This document shows positions 35,676 through 47,209 of a stretch of 64,000 nt of DNA, in pieces. The position numbers and the translations under genes are program-made. The stretch spans positions 14,663,429 through 14,727,428 of the forward strand of contig NC_057749.1 in NCBI RefSeq assembly GCF_004010195.1, read 5' to 3'. The stretch comes from Chiloscyllium plagiosum (Eukaryota). Within the stretch, counting starts at the first letter, position 1. The number at the start of each line of letters is the position of its first letter. The notes under the pieces are model-generated. The model was not told the origin of the DNA. It saw only the letters and a program-made list of their open reading frames with translations, and ran no database searches.

Positions 35676-36072
35676 TTGCCAGCATTTGGCCCACATCCCT
35701 CAACCCTTCCTATTCATAAACCCATCCAGATGCCTTTTAAATGTGGTAATTGTACCACATCCTCTGGCAGCTCATTCCATACAAACACCACCCTCTGTGT
35801 GAAGAGGTTGCCCTTTAGCTCCCTTTTAAATTTCCCCCCTCTCATCTTAAACTATGCCTTCTAGTTATGGACTCTCCCACCCCAGGGAAACGACCTTTTC
35901 TATTTACCCTATCCATGCCCCTCGTGATTTTACAAACCTCTATAAGGTCACCCCTCAGCCTCCAATGCTCCAGGGAAAGCAGCTCCAGCCTATTCAGCCT
36001 CTCCCTATAGCTCAAATCCTCCAACCCTGGCAACATCCTTGTAAATCCTTTCTGAACCCTTTCAAGTTTCGC
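35676..36072 (-). mobile_element. Second HER1-type CR1 fragment
   Basis: KLERVQKGFTRMLPGLEDLSYRERLNRL. Confidence 0.9.
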
Positions 36073-36133
36073 AACTCTCATGACTGGAGCTCACGCCCAG
36101 TAAGGAAGCAGAATCGGCAATAGTTTGGAGGAG

Positions 36134-36815
36134 TTTGAGTTTAAGTTTGATTTATTGTTGTCACGTACTGAGATATAGTGAAAAGTGTTGTTTTGTGTGC
36201 TCTACAGGCAGACCGTACCATACAAAGTGCATCAGGGTAGCAGAACAGAGTGCAGAACACAGTGTACAAGATACAGAGAAGGTGCAGAGAGGGAGATCAG
36301 AATCAACACTGGAGAGGTCCATTCAAAAGTCTGATAACAGCGGGGAAGGAGCTGTACTTGAATCTGTTTGTACGTGTATTCACTTTTATATCTTTCACCT
36401 AACAGAAGGGGGTGGAAGAAAGTATAACTGGAACGGGAGGGGTCTTTGATGATGTTGGTTTGTTTTCTGAGGCAGCGGGAAATGTAGACGGAGTCAATGG
36501 ATGGAAGGCTGGTTTGTGGGAGCTGTGTTCACAACTCTCTGTAATTTCTTGTGATTTTGGGAACAGCAATTGCCAATCCATGCTGTGATGCATCCAGATA
36601 GGATGCTTTCTATGGTGCATCGGTAAAAATCGGTAAGTCTTTGTGGATGTGCCGAATTTCCTTTGCCTTCTGAGCAAATAGAAGCATTGCTGTGTTTTCT
36701 TGGCTGTCACATTGACATGGGTGGTCCAGAACAGATTGTTGGTGATTGTCACTCCCAGGAACCTGACGCTCTCGACCATCTCCACCTCAGCACCATTGAT
36801 GCAGACAGGGGCATG
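36134..36815 (-). mobile_element. Rex1/Babar LINE 3' fragment
   Basis: EMVESVRFLGVTITNNLFWTTHV; tail TTTGATTTATTGTTGTCACG. Confidence 0.9.
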
Positions 36816-37359
36816 CAGCGATAACGGCAGTTTAGATCAGATCGAGAGAGACTATTTGGGAAACTGGAGGTGAGAGAGATCAGGTCTACAAAATGGTAAA
36901 CTATTTTAGTTGTACATTGTCCAACAGAGAGTTTGGAAATCATTCCCTAGATATGAGAAAGCTTTATAAAAGATTTAAAAGCGCACTTGCACTGTTATTA
37001 GGATTCCTTGTCCAATAAACTCTATAACAAGGATGTTCCCCTTTCCCACTATCATATTTTTAAATCCTTATAGGTTGCTTGAGAGTTCAGGATTTTGTAC
37101 ATTCATTTAAAATGCCATAAAATTCAAGTATATTTGAGGTCAATTGTTCCTCAGGGGCTTGTTTTAGTGAGAAGTGATGATAAAACTCCAATCATTTCGG
37201 AATCAGTGAGGAGGTGAAAACACTCAAGGGAGGCTTGCGGGAAAGTGGGGCAGGGACTGTTAATCGAGTCAAAGAGAAGCTTCCATTCTGGTATCTCAGT
37301 GTTGTGCATTCTCATTCTGTATGGCTGTGCAGAGTTTCAATGGAATCTTCTTTCCTGGA

Positions 37360-37505
37360 GTCAGCCATCCTTACCCAGTCTGGCCTACATGTGACTCCAG
37401 ACCCACAGCAATGTGGTTGACTCTCAACTGCCCTCTGGGCAATTAGGGATGGGCAATAAATGCTGGCCTAGTCAGGGATGACCTCACACCATAAATGAAT
37501 TAAAA
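37360..37505 (+). mobile_element. 3' half of the tRNA-headed SINE derivative
   Basis: GACTCCAGACCCACAGCAATGTGG..CCCTCTG|GGCAATTAGGGATGGGCAATAAATG. Confidence 0.85.
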
Positions 37506-37541
37506 GAAGGAATGATGCAAGTTAGAGTGTGGGAAGCAGTT

Positions 37542-37949
37542 TTCCCTGGAGCGTCGAAGGCTGAGGAGTGACCTGTAGAGGTTATAAAATCTTGAGGGGC
37601 ATGGATAGGGTAAATAGACAATGTCTTTTCCTTGGGGTGGGGGAATCCAGAACTAGAGAGCATAGGTTCAGGCTGAGAGGGGAAAAATTTAAAAGGGACC
37701 TAAGGGGCAACTTTTTCACACAAGGGGCGGTGCAAGTATAGAATGAGCTGCCAAAGGAAGTGGTGGAGGCTGGTACAATTACCACATTTAAAAGGCAACT
37801 GGATGGGTATATGAATGGGAAGAGTTTTGAGGGATATGGGCCAAATGCTGGCAAATAGGACTAGATTAGGGTTTGAATATCTGGTCAGCATGGACGAGTT
37901 GGACCGAAGAGTCTGTTTCTGTGCTGTACATCTCTATGACTCTATGACA
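37542..37949 (+). mobile_element. HER1-type CR1 3' fragment
   Basis: GACCTAAGGGGCAACTTTTTCACAC..CTCTATGACTCTATGAC. Confidence 0.92.
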
Positions 37950-38196
37950 GTGTTCCGGCTTGTGGAGTTGGGCAAAATGTTGGAAAGCGACCTGAAACAC
38001 ATGGGGAAAGGTCAGTCTGGGGGACACAAACGACAGTTTCAGCAGCCTGTCCTGATGTTATCCATTCCCCTGCACTTTCCAGCAGTGGCCATCAGGGAGC
38101 GAGCAGGAGCAAGCGGGGAGGGGGTGGGGGGTGGGAGCCTTGGTTAATTTTTAGTTTGACTCCCTAAACCAAGGAGCCAAATTCAAGGAGCAAACT

Positions 38197-38210
38197 GCTG
38201 CCATGGCAAC
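38197..38210. promoter_or_regulatory. RFX X-box-like motif
   Basis: GCTGCCATGGCAAC, 13/14 to the palindrome GTTGCCATGGCAAC, in non-repeat DNA. Confidence 0.45.
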
Positions 38211-39085
38211 CATCAGCACAGCTCCCTTAAAGAGAGAACATTACAAAGTGGCTGTTTATAACTCAATGAATATGTTTCCCTTGTACAATTTAAGGAGCAA
38301 GTTGAAGGCACCAGCATTATTGTAAAATGTCACTTTCACACACTTTAACTATAAAAAGGTAACAGATCTCAGAGCTAAACTGATGGGAGGCAGCAGTCAT
38401 AATTGGATATTCAAGAGGATATTTGCATAGGTTATTGTTTAATGCTCTGGAAAATGGCAGGTAGGACTAATGAACGGTAATGGAGGGAATCTTGACTAAA
38501 TAGAATTTTTATGACTGTGAAAATCACTGGAAAGGAAAGGCTGACATTAAAAAATGCAAAATTAGTCAGCTATGATTGGCTGTCCCAGGCAGCAGCTGAC
38601 CCACAGTACACTCAAAACTGGCCCTTGAGGAAATTAAAACCAGTATTCCAGAGAAAACGGGAAAACAAAGCATTAAAACTATAAGACAACCGAGAATTGG
38701 TAATTGTTTGGGAGGTAATCTCACTTGTCTTCTCAGCTACTGTCAGCGAGGACTGGGAAATCGCTGATAGATGTGCTTTCAGAGAGTTGATGTTATGTGA
38801 TAAAGTTTAGTTTACTATCTAGCGCTGAAGGCTATTAGATCGAATTTCATCGAGCTGACAGAACACAGTCAAGTAATTTGACTCAACTGGTCTAAGCTGT
38901 TCTTTATGTTCCACGCAATCTCTCTCCCTTCACCCCTCCCCCATCCCACCTTAATCAATGTCATTCCATCAACATTTCTTCATTCTTTCTCTCTGTGTTC
39001 ATCCAGCTTCCCTTAAGTACACCGACTCTACCCTACTCATCTCCACCACACCCTCAGGACCAGGGAGTGTTGGCCAAGTCATAAG

Positions 39086-39210
39086 AGGGAGTGAGGACTG
39101 CAGATGCTGGAGATCAGAATCTGGAATGTGGTGCTGGAAAAGCACAGCAGGTCAGGCAGCATCCCAGGAGCCGGAGAATCAATTTTTCAGGCATAAGCCC
39201 TTCATTAATT
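39086..39210 (-). mobile_element. Penelope-derived family-1 end fragment
   Basis: GTGAGGACTGCAGATGCTGGAGATC..GCATAAGCCCTTC. Confidence 0.8.
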
Positions 39211-39312
39211 TCCTGACGCTCCAGGGAAAAGAGCCCCAACCTCTCCCTTTAGCTCAAACCCTCCAACCTTGGCAACATCCTGTAAATCTTTTCTGAACCC
39301 TTTCAAGTGTCC

Positions 39313-40045
39313 CTAGACTATTAATCCAGAGGCCAAGGGGACCCAAACTTGAATCCCAATGTGGCAGATAATGAACTTTAAATTCAATTTAAAAAATCTG
39401 GGATGAAGTGTCTCATGACGACCATGAACCTATTGTCAGTTGTTGCAAAAACCCATCTGGTTCACCAATGTCCTTGAGGAAAGGTAACTACTGTCTTTAA
39501 CTGGCTTAGCTAACATATGACTTCAGATCCACAGGATTGTGACTGACTCCTGCAGAGAGTTGTGACTGCAGCCCAGTCCATCACACAAACCAGCCTTCCA
39601 TCTACAGTATTGGCTCTGTCTACACTTCCCGCTGCATCGAGAAAGTAACCAACATAATCAAAGACCCCTCCCACCCCAGTTATACTCTCTTCCACCCTTT
39701 CCTATCAGGTGAAAGATATAAAAATTTGTGTACAGGTACGAACAGATTAAAGAACAGCTCCCTCCCTGCTGTTATCAGACTTTTAAATGAACCTCTTCAA
39801 TGTTAATGTTGATCTCTCTCTGCACCTTCTCTGTGGTTGTAACACTGTAGCCTGCACTCTGTTCTGTTACCCTGATGCACTTGTATATAAAGCACCTAAG
39901 ACAATACTTTTCACTGTACCTCGATTCACATCAGTAATGAATCAAAACAAATCAAATCAAATCACTCTCTGAAATGGCCACGTGTGTCACTCGGTTCAAG
40001 GGTAAGTTTGGATGGGTTGGTCTTGACACCCACATTCTGTGAAGA
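39313..40045 (+). mobile_element. tRNA-headed SINE derivative interrupted by a Rex1/Babar 3' end (39550-39963, +)
   Basis: SINE body stops at GACTGACTC and resumes ACTCTCTGAAATGG; the insert has the LQRVVTAAQSIT frame and an (AATCA)n tail. Confidence 0.8.
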
Positions 40046-40089
40046 AATAAATCCTTATAAACTACAAATGTCTGGGTAGAGGCATGAAT

Positions 40090-40406
40090 CATAGATTTCC
40101 AACAGTTCAGATAGAGGCCATTTGACCCATCAAGGGTGCACCAAACCTCTGTCAAGTATCCCACCCCACGAACCTATCCCTACAATGCTGCATTTCCCAT
40201 GGCTAATCCAGCCAGCAAATCCCTATGGGCAATTTCCCATCACTAATTAGTCTAGCTTGCATGTCCTTGAACTGTGCAGGGAAACTGGAGCACCCGCAGG
40301 AAACCCATGCAGACACAGGGAGAATGTGCAAACCCCGTACAGATGGAGTTGGAATCAAACCTGGGTTTCTGGTGCTGTGAGGCAGCAGTGCTAACCTGTG
40401 AGCCAC
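40090..40406 (-). mobile_element. HE1 SINE
   Basis: GCAGACACAGGGAGAATGTGCAAAC..GGCAGCAGTGCTAACC. Confidence 0.88.
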
Positions 40407-41308
40407 TCAAATTGTGACATGAGTCAACATTCCTTCTCCCACCTTGTCATGCAGAATATTAAATAGTGCAACAGTGTCAATGCCTCAACACTGGCTCTAA
40501 GGTGCTGATGGTTGTGACAGAGTGGGATGAGGATTGGGTTTTGTACATTGTCTCAGTGTGGTGGATGGGAATCAGGAGCTGCTGAGTCAGCAACCTGGCT
40601 CATGTCACTTCTGATTTTTAGCTCTGCCGGGATTAACAGGAACAGATGTAAAATTGGTTGTCAGCTCACTCTCAGTATTGAGCAGAGTCAAAATTACCCC
40701 CATAATCTAGGTTGACACTCGTGGAGCACTGTGTGTGTGTGTCTGAATAACAATCAGGAACAGAAGACTTGGCTGGTTTCTCTATCCCTCTCCTTCCTGA
40801 CTTGGGCGCTGAATCCTATTACAGCTCCCTGAAGTTTGAAAAACTCAGCAAGAATCTGGGGTCAAACTAAACATCCCCCTGGTTTCACATGTATCTGGCA
40901 GAATGATCTCTTAACCAAACAGCTGATTGGAGAGCTCACTCCCAAACTCAAGCCAAAAATCTTCAAAATGGGCAAAGACCATGGTAATTTTTGTTAAAGC
41001 TAAGCACTGACTTATAAAGTGTCACACTTAGAGTGTTAACTCTTTGAAGGCATTGGAGACAAGGTGATTCAAAGCTTGATGAATCCTGCAGCCCCTTATC
41101 GACTTATCACTCACCGCATTCCTACATGTGCAATCTGTCCAAGCAACTAAACAATAATAACCAGGGAAGCTTGTCTCTGTCAATGGCCCTACAGTCTTTC
41201 TGGTTTATGTGATATAGAAACAGCTTTATTGTTCCCAGGGGGAGAATTTCTGTCTCTGCTGTTTGTACTGGAGGTGTGACTGCGCTCAGGAAAAATGACC
41301 ATGCTCAC

Positions 41309-41370
41309 CAGTATAACTGTGCGCAGATGAGAGAGTTTACAATCTCAACTCGGAGAGTGAGATGTGCAAG
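41309..41370 (-). other. Candidate 62-nt spliced exon (gene unknown)
   Basis: Acceptor aatttcttccctttcag|CTT and donor CTG|gtgagc; one open frame LAHLTLRVEIVNSLICAQLY. Confidence 0.25.
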
Positions 41371-41877
41371 CTGAAAGGGAAGAAATTGTAGCAAAGTTTT
41401 AACATCAAAACATGCAAGAAATCCCACCTCCCTTCCAGTACTCCCCCTGCCAGTGAGAAAGCATGTGTTGTGGCTGTAGCAGATTGAAGATGGCCCTTTT
41501 CAGTTGGAGACAAAGAGAAAGCACGAGTGAGTATAATTTGAACTAAAAGATGAAAGGCACAGAACTGATGTGCTAAATGGCCACCTTTTATGTTGTCATG
41601 AGTCTACGGGCTAGATTTGGTTTGGGGTGATCAATGATTTAAAAACCGAAGACACTGGAGCACAGTCTGTGGGGTTTACCGATGTTATGGAGCAGGTGGG
41701 ACTTATAACTGAGCCTCCCAACTCAGAGGTAGGGACACTACCACTGCATCATGAGAGCCCCATATAACTCCTTCTGTTTTTTACTCCCTTTTTTCTTTTA
41801 ATCACTGGAGGTGCTATCAAATCACCGGCTCACCTGTGGCAATCTCCACTATTAACCACCACCAGTAAATTGCCCGT

Positions 41878-42231
41878 GAACAAAGAACAAAGAACAAAGA
41901 AACTTTACAGCCCAGGAACAGGCCCTTCGGCCCTCCAAGTCTGAGCATCACCTCACATTTGCCTGAATTGAACTCCATCTGCCACTTCTCTGCCCAACTC
42001 TCCAGTCTATCTATATTCTCCTACAGTCCCCTATGCTTTCTGCTATTCCACCAATCTTAATGTCATCTGCAAACTTGCTGATCATACCAACAGTGCTCTC
42101 TTCCATATCATTTATGTATAAAACAAATAATAGTGGCCGCAGCACTGATCTTTGTGGAACACCACTGATCACCTTTCTCCATTTTGAGAAACTCCTTTCA
42201 ACTACTACTCTCTGTCTCCTGTTGCTCAACC
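41878..42231 (-). mobile_element. CR1 fragment (RT core joined to a (GAACAAA)n tail)
   Basis: RRQRVVVERSFSKWRKVISGVPQRSVLRPLLFVLYIND..FADD. Confidence 0.9.
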
Positions 42232-42232
42232 G

Positions 42233-42551
42233 ATACAGCATGGTGGTTCAGTGCTTAGCAGGTTTGATTCCAGCCTTGGGCAACTGTCTGTGTGGTGTTT
42301 GCACATCCTCCCCGTGTCTGCATGGATTTTCTCTGAGTGCTCCAGTTTCCTCTCACAATCCAAAGATGTGTAGGTTAGGGTGGATTGGTCATGCTAAATT
42401 GTCTATAGTATCTAGAGATGTGCAAGCTAGGTGGGTTAACCATGGGAAATGCAGGGTCACAGGGATGGGGTGGGTCTAGGTAGGATGCTTTTCGGAGGGT
42501 CAGTGTAGACTCGATGGGCTGATTGGTTTGCTTCCACACTGGAGGGAATCT
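42233..42551 (+). mobile_element. HE1 SINE
   Basis: V-domain and GGGTCAGTGTAGACTCGATGGGC tail. Confidence 0.88.
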
Positions 42552-42627
42552 GTCAAACTGGAGTTAGAAGGGGTGATAAGGCACTCTATTCCCTCTGCTG
42601 CTCACTTTTCCCTAATATGGCTCTTTC

Positions 42628-42745
42628 TGGATATTTTCTATATCCAATCTATTCAGCAATATTATTACACACCTTTGGTGCAGGTGGGACATGAACTCTG
42701 GCCTCCTGGCTCAGAGGTAAGGACACTATCACTGTGCTACAAGAA
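42628..42745 (-). mobile_element. Short (~120-bp) tRNA-derived SINE-like repeat
   Basis: Related copies at ~11240-11345 (+), 21085-21165, 41680-41760, 56410-56480 and 60920-61025 (+; TGGTGCAGTGG A box, GGTTCAATTTC B-box-like). Confidence 0.65.
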
Positions 42746-42780
42746 CCCAGATCACTCTGCGCTATCGGGCTCAATCGTTT

Positions 42781-43290
42781 CCAAGATGGCAGCGGCAAAT
42801 AGGACGTGTTGGGGGCTCCTGGCCTGTCTGCTTCTGATCACCAGGCCTGTCACATCCTTCTGTTTCTTTTTAACATCATCCAACATCAAAAATCATCTCA
42901 CCTGGTTTTGGTGGCTTTGGGGGGGGGGGCGGAAGGAGGTTTCGGGAGGCAGTTGCCGTGCAGATTGCGGTGTGGATTTGGCCGTTCCTTGTGGCTATTG
43001 AGGCCATATCCTGGTGGGTCTGACAATGTAGCTTTGGCGGTGGCTTCAGGGTGAGGTGGGTCCGGCCTGGGATTCCCACTGCCCAGAATTCCTTTCAACA
43101 GCTTCAACAGCCTCAACCTCAGCAGCTCTGGAACGGTTAATTGAACTAAGATGGACATGGTCTTAATTTTTTAATACATATATTATTTCTGTTATTAAAA
43201 TGCCCGCCGGAGTATGGTTACTTAAACACGTTTTGCTGTATTCTTGTTGTAAAAATACAAGTGGCAATAAATTAATATTCTATTCTATTC
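42781..43290 (+). mobile_element. Rex1/Babar-tailed non-autonomous element
   Basis: Starts CCAAGATGGC; ends GTGGCAATAAA..(TATTC)n; no ORF similarity inside. Confidence 0.55.
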
Positions 43291-43441
43291 AATACAAAGC
43301 AGATGTTCCCAACTTACTTTGATCAGGGTATTTATTGACACCACTACTTCAGGCTTCAAACAAAGCCTATTTACTCAGCAAACGGTCTATTTTTAGAGCA
43401 CCCTGCAGCAAACATGTAAAGAATCTACTGTATTTAATAGG

Positions 43442-46400
43442 TTTTTTTATTCATTTGTGGGATGTGGGAGTCACCGGCTAGGCCAGCATTTATTGCCCAT
43501 CCCTAGTTGCCCCTTGAGAAGGTGACAGTGAGCTGCCTTCTTGAACTGCTGCAATCAGTGTGCTGCAGGTAGACTCACAATGCCCTTAGGGAGGGAATTC
43601 CAGGATTTTGACCCAGCGACAGTGAAGGAACAGTGACCTATTTCCAAGTCAGGATGGTGAGTGGCTTGGGAGGGGAACTTGTAGGTGGTGGTGTTCCCGT
43701 GTACCTACTGTCTTGTTGTTCCAGATGGAAGTGGTCATGGGTTTGGAAGGTGCAGGATCTTTGGTGAATTTCTGCAGTACATCGTGTAGTTAGTTCACAC
43801 TGCTGAGACTGAGCATCGGTGGTGGAGTGATTGGATGCTTGTGGATGTGACGCCAATCAAACGGGCTGCTTTGTCCTGGATGATGTCAAGCTTCTTGAGT
43901 GTTGTTGGAGCTGCACCCATCCATGGTAAGTAGGCAGTATTCCATCACACCCCTGACTTGTGCCTTGTAGATGGTGGACAGGCTTTATGGAGTCAGGAGA
44001 TGAGTTACTCACTGCCTCTGACCTGCTCTTGTAGCTACTGTGTTTATGTGATGAGTTCAGTTGAGTTTCTGGTCAATGGTAACCCCCAGGATGTTGATAA
44101 TGGGGGATTTAGTGATGTTATTACCATTGAATATCAAGAAGCAGTGGTTAGATTGCCTCTTATTAGTGTTGGTGCATTTGAACTGGGACTGCCTCAGTAT
44201 CTGAATAGTCACAAATGGTCCTGAACAATGTGCAATTGTTGGTGAGCATTCCCACTTCTGACACTACCCTGAGGAAGTCCTGCAGAGATGTCCTGGACCT
44301 GAGATGAGTGACCTCCAATAACAATGACCATTTTCCTATGTGTCAGGTATGACTCTACCCTGCAGAGAGTTTGCCCCCTGATACTCATTGATTATTCAGT
44401 TTTGCTCGGGCTCCTTGATGCCACATTCGGTTGAATGTCAAAAGGTTGTCACTCTTACCTCCCTCTGGAATTCAGCCCTTCTGTCCATGTTTGAACCAAA
44501 GTTGTAATGAGGTCAGGAGCTGAGTGGGCGTCATTGAGCAGGTTGTTGCTGAGCAGGTGCTGCTTGATAGCGCTGCTGATGACACCTTCCATCACTTTAC
44601 TGATGTTGGAGAGGAGGCTGATGGGGCAGTAATTGTCCAAGATGTACAGGATGTGCCTGGACAAATTTACACATTGTTGGATGGATGCCGTATTGTAACA
44701 ATTCTGGAAGAGCTCGGCTAGGGGAGCAACAGGTTCTGGAGCACAAGTCTTCAGTACTAGTGCCGGAATGTTGTCAGGGCCCATAGCTTTTGCAGTATCC
44801 AGTGCCTTCAACCATTTCTTGATATCACGTGGAGTGAATCGAATTGGCTGAAGACAGGTATCTGTGATGCTGGGGACCACTGGAGGTGGCCGAGATGGCC
44901 AGCCACTCGGCACTTTAACCTGAGGATTACTGCAAAAGCTTCAGCCTTATCTTTCGCACTGATGTGCTGGGCTCTTCCATCATTGAGCTTGGGGATATTT
45001 GTGGAGCCTCCTCCTCCAGTGAGTTGTTTAATTGTCCACCATCATTCACAACTGGATGTGGCAGGACTGCAGAGTTTAAATCTGATCCATTGCTCATGGG
45101 AATCACTTAGCCCTGTCTATCACTTGCTGTTACGCTGTTTGGCATGCAGGTAGTCCTCTTTGGTGGTGTCGCCATGTTGACACCTCATTTTCAGGTATAC
45201 CTGGTGCTGCTCCTGCCATGCCCTCCCGCACTCTCCGTTGTACCTGGGTTGATCCTCTGGCTGGATAGTAATGGTTGAGGGGATATGCTGGGCCATGAGG
45301 TTACAGATTGCGCTGGAGTTCAGTTCTGCTGCTGTTGATGGTCCACAGTGCCTCATGGATGCTCAGTCTTGAATTACTAGATCTGTTCGAAGTCTGTGCC
45401 ATTTAGCGTGGTGATAATGTCACACAACACAATGGAGGTTAGTGGCAAAGTGAAGGCGGGACTTTGTCTCTACGAGAACAGTGTGGTGGACACTCTTACC
45501 AATACTGTCATGGACAGATACATCTGCAGTTGGCAGATTGATAAGGATGAGATCAAGTATGTTTTTCCCTCTTGTTGGTTCCCTCACCACCTGCCACAGT
45601 CCGAGTCTAGGAGCTATCTCCTTTAGGAACTGACCAGCTTGATCAGTAGTACTGCTGCCAAGCCAATCTTGGTGATGGACATTGAAATCCCCTGCCCTGA
45701 GTACATATTGTGCCCTTGTCATCCTCAGTGGTTCCTCCAAGTGTTGTTCAACATGGAGGAATATCGATTCATCAGACGATGGATGATGGTTGATAGTAAT
45801 CAGCACGAGACTTCATGGGGTCTGGAGCCAATGTTGAGGACTCCCAGAGCAACTCTGTCCCGACCATGTACCACTGTGCTGCCACCTCTGCTGGGCCTGT
45901 CCTGCTGTGAGACAGGACATATCCAGGGATGGTGATGGTGGTGTCTGGGATATTGTCTGTAAGGTATGATTCCATGAGTATGACTATGTCAGGCTGTTGC
46001 TTGACTCGTCCGGGAGACAGCTCTCCCAGTTTTGGCATTAGCCTCCAGATGTTGGTAAGGAGGACTTTACAGAGTCGAAGGGCTGTTTTTACCGTTGTCT
46101 TTTCCCGTGCCTAGGTCGATGCCAGATGAATCCATCCAGTTTCATTCCTTTGAGACTTTGTAGTGATTGGTACAACTGAGTGGCTTGCTAGGCCATTTCA
46201 GGGGGCGATTGAGAGTCAACCACATTTCTGTGGATCTGGAGTCACATGTAGGTTAGACTGGATGAAGATGGCAGTTTCCTTCCCTGAAGGGCATTAGTGA
46301 ACCAGATGGGGTTTTCTCACAATCAGCAAAGGTTTCATGGTCATCTGTAGATTCTTAATTCCAAGTATTTTCGGATAAATCTACCATCTGCTGTTGACCT

Positions 46401-46477
46401 GAACCCAAGTCGGCAGAACATTAGCTGAGTTTCTAGATTAATAGTTAAGTGATAATAGGTCAATAGGCCATTGCCCC
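43442..46477 (-). mobile_element. Near full-length tRNA-headed CR1-group LINE (degenerate APE+RT, no ORF1)
   Basis: Head at 46477-46380; APE (KQQPDIVILMES, AGDFNVHH, ILDLIL); KAMGPDNIP..NYCPISLLSNISKVME; SAGLPQGSV near 44270; tail GGGCAACTAGGGATGGGCAATAAATGCTGGCC..AATAAAAAAA. Confidence 0.9.
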
Positions 46478-46698
46478 TCATGGTCCTCTGTAAACTATAG
46501 CAAGCAGAAAGCTGAAAGTCAGCCCCTTTCTGTTAACAACAGAGTGATTTCCCTTGTAGAATATAGTGAGCAGAGGTATTTATTTATTTATTTAAAGTAA
46601 TTGTCCATTGCCTGTTGCCAGAGGTCTCCAGTGTGACTAATGGGGAATTAGTCAATCATCTCAAGCCATCTGGGATGGTGGTGTCCTTTTATTTAATG

Positions 46699-46870
46699 TA
46701 GAGTCATAGAGCACAGAAACAGACCCTTCAGTCCTACCCGTACATGCTGACCACATATCCTAAACTGACCTAGTCCCATTTGCCAGCACTTGGTCCATAT
46801 CCCTCCAAACCCTTCCTACTCATGTGCCCATCCAGATGCCTTTTGAATGTTGCCATTGTACCCACCTTCA
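46699..46870 (-). mobile_element. HER1-type CR1 3' end
   Basis: TAGAGTCATAGAG..GAAACAGACCCTTC. Confidence 0.88.
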
Positions 46871-47209
46871 TCATTATCCTCTCAGGAACTTCCTTCTACC
46901 TCTTTCTACTTCACCCCATTAGCATGTGCTTTGTGTGGCATCATGATCACCTCCCTATTTCTGGGTGAGGCACTCCAAGCACAATCCCACGCCAGCGTTT
47001 GTTGGCCGTGGATGAATATTCATAGTGCAGTTCTTCAGGCTCAATAACCAGCCTGAAATCCTTTCACCACCTCCTCACTATTGTCCAAAAGAGAAAATGT
47101 GTGTGTGAAGACATGTTTAAAAAAAGAATGTATCTTTCCTCTTCTTTCTACCTTATGCGCTTATCCAGCTTCCCATGAAATACATATATGTTACTCACCA
47201 ACACGAAAT

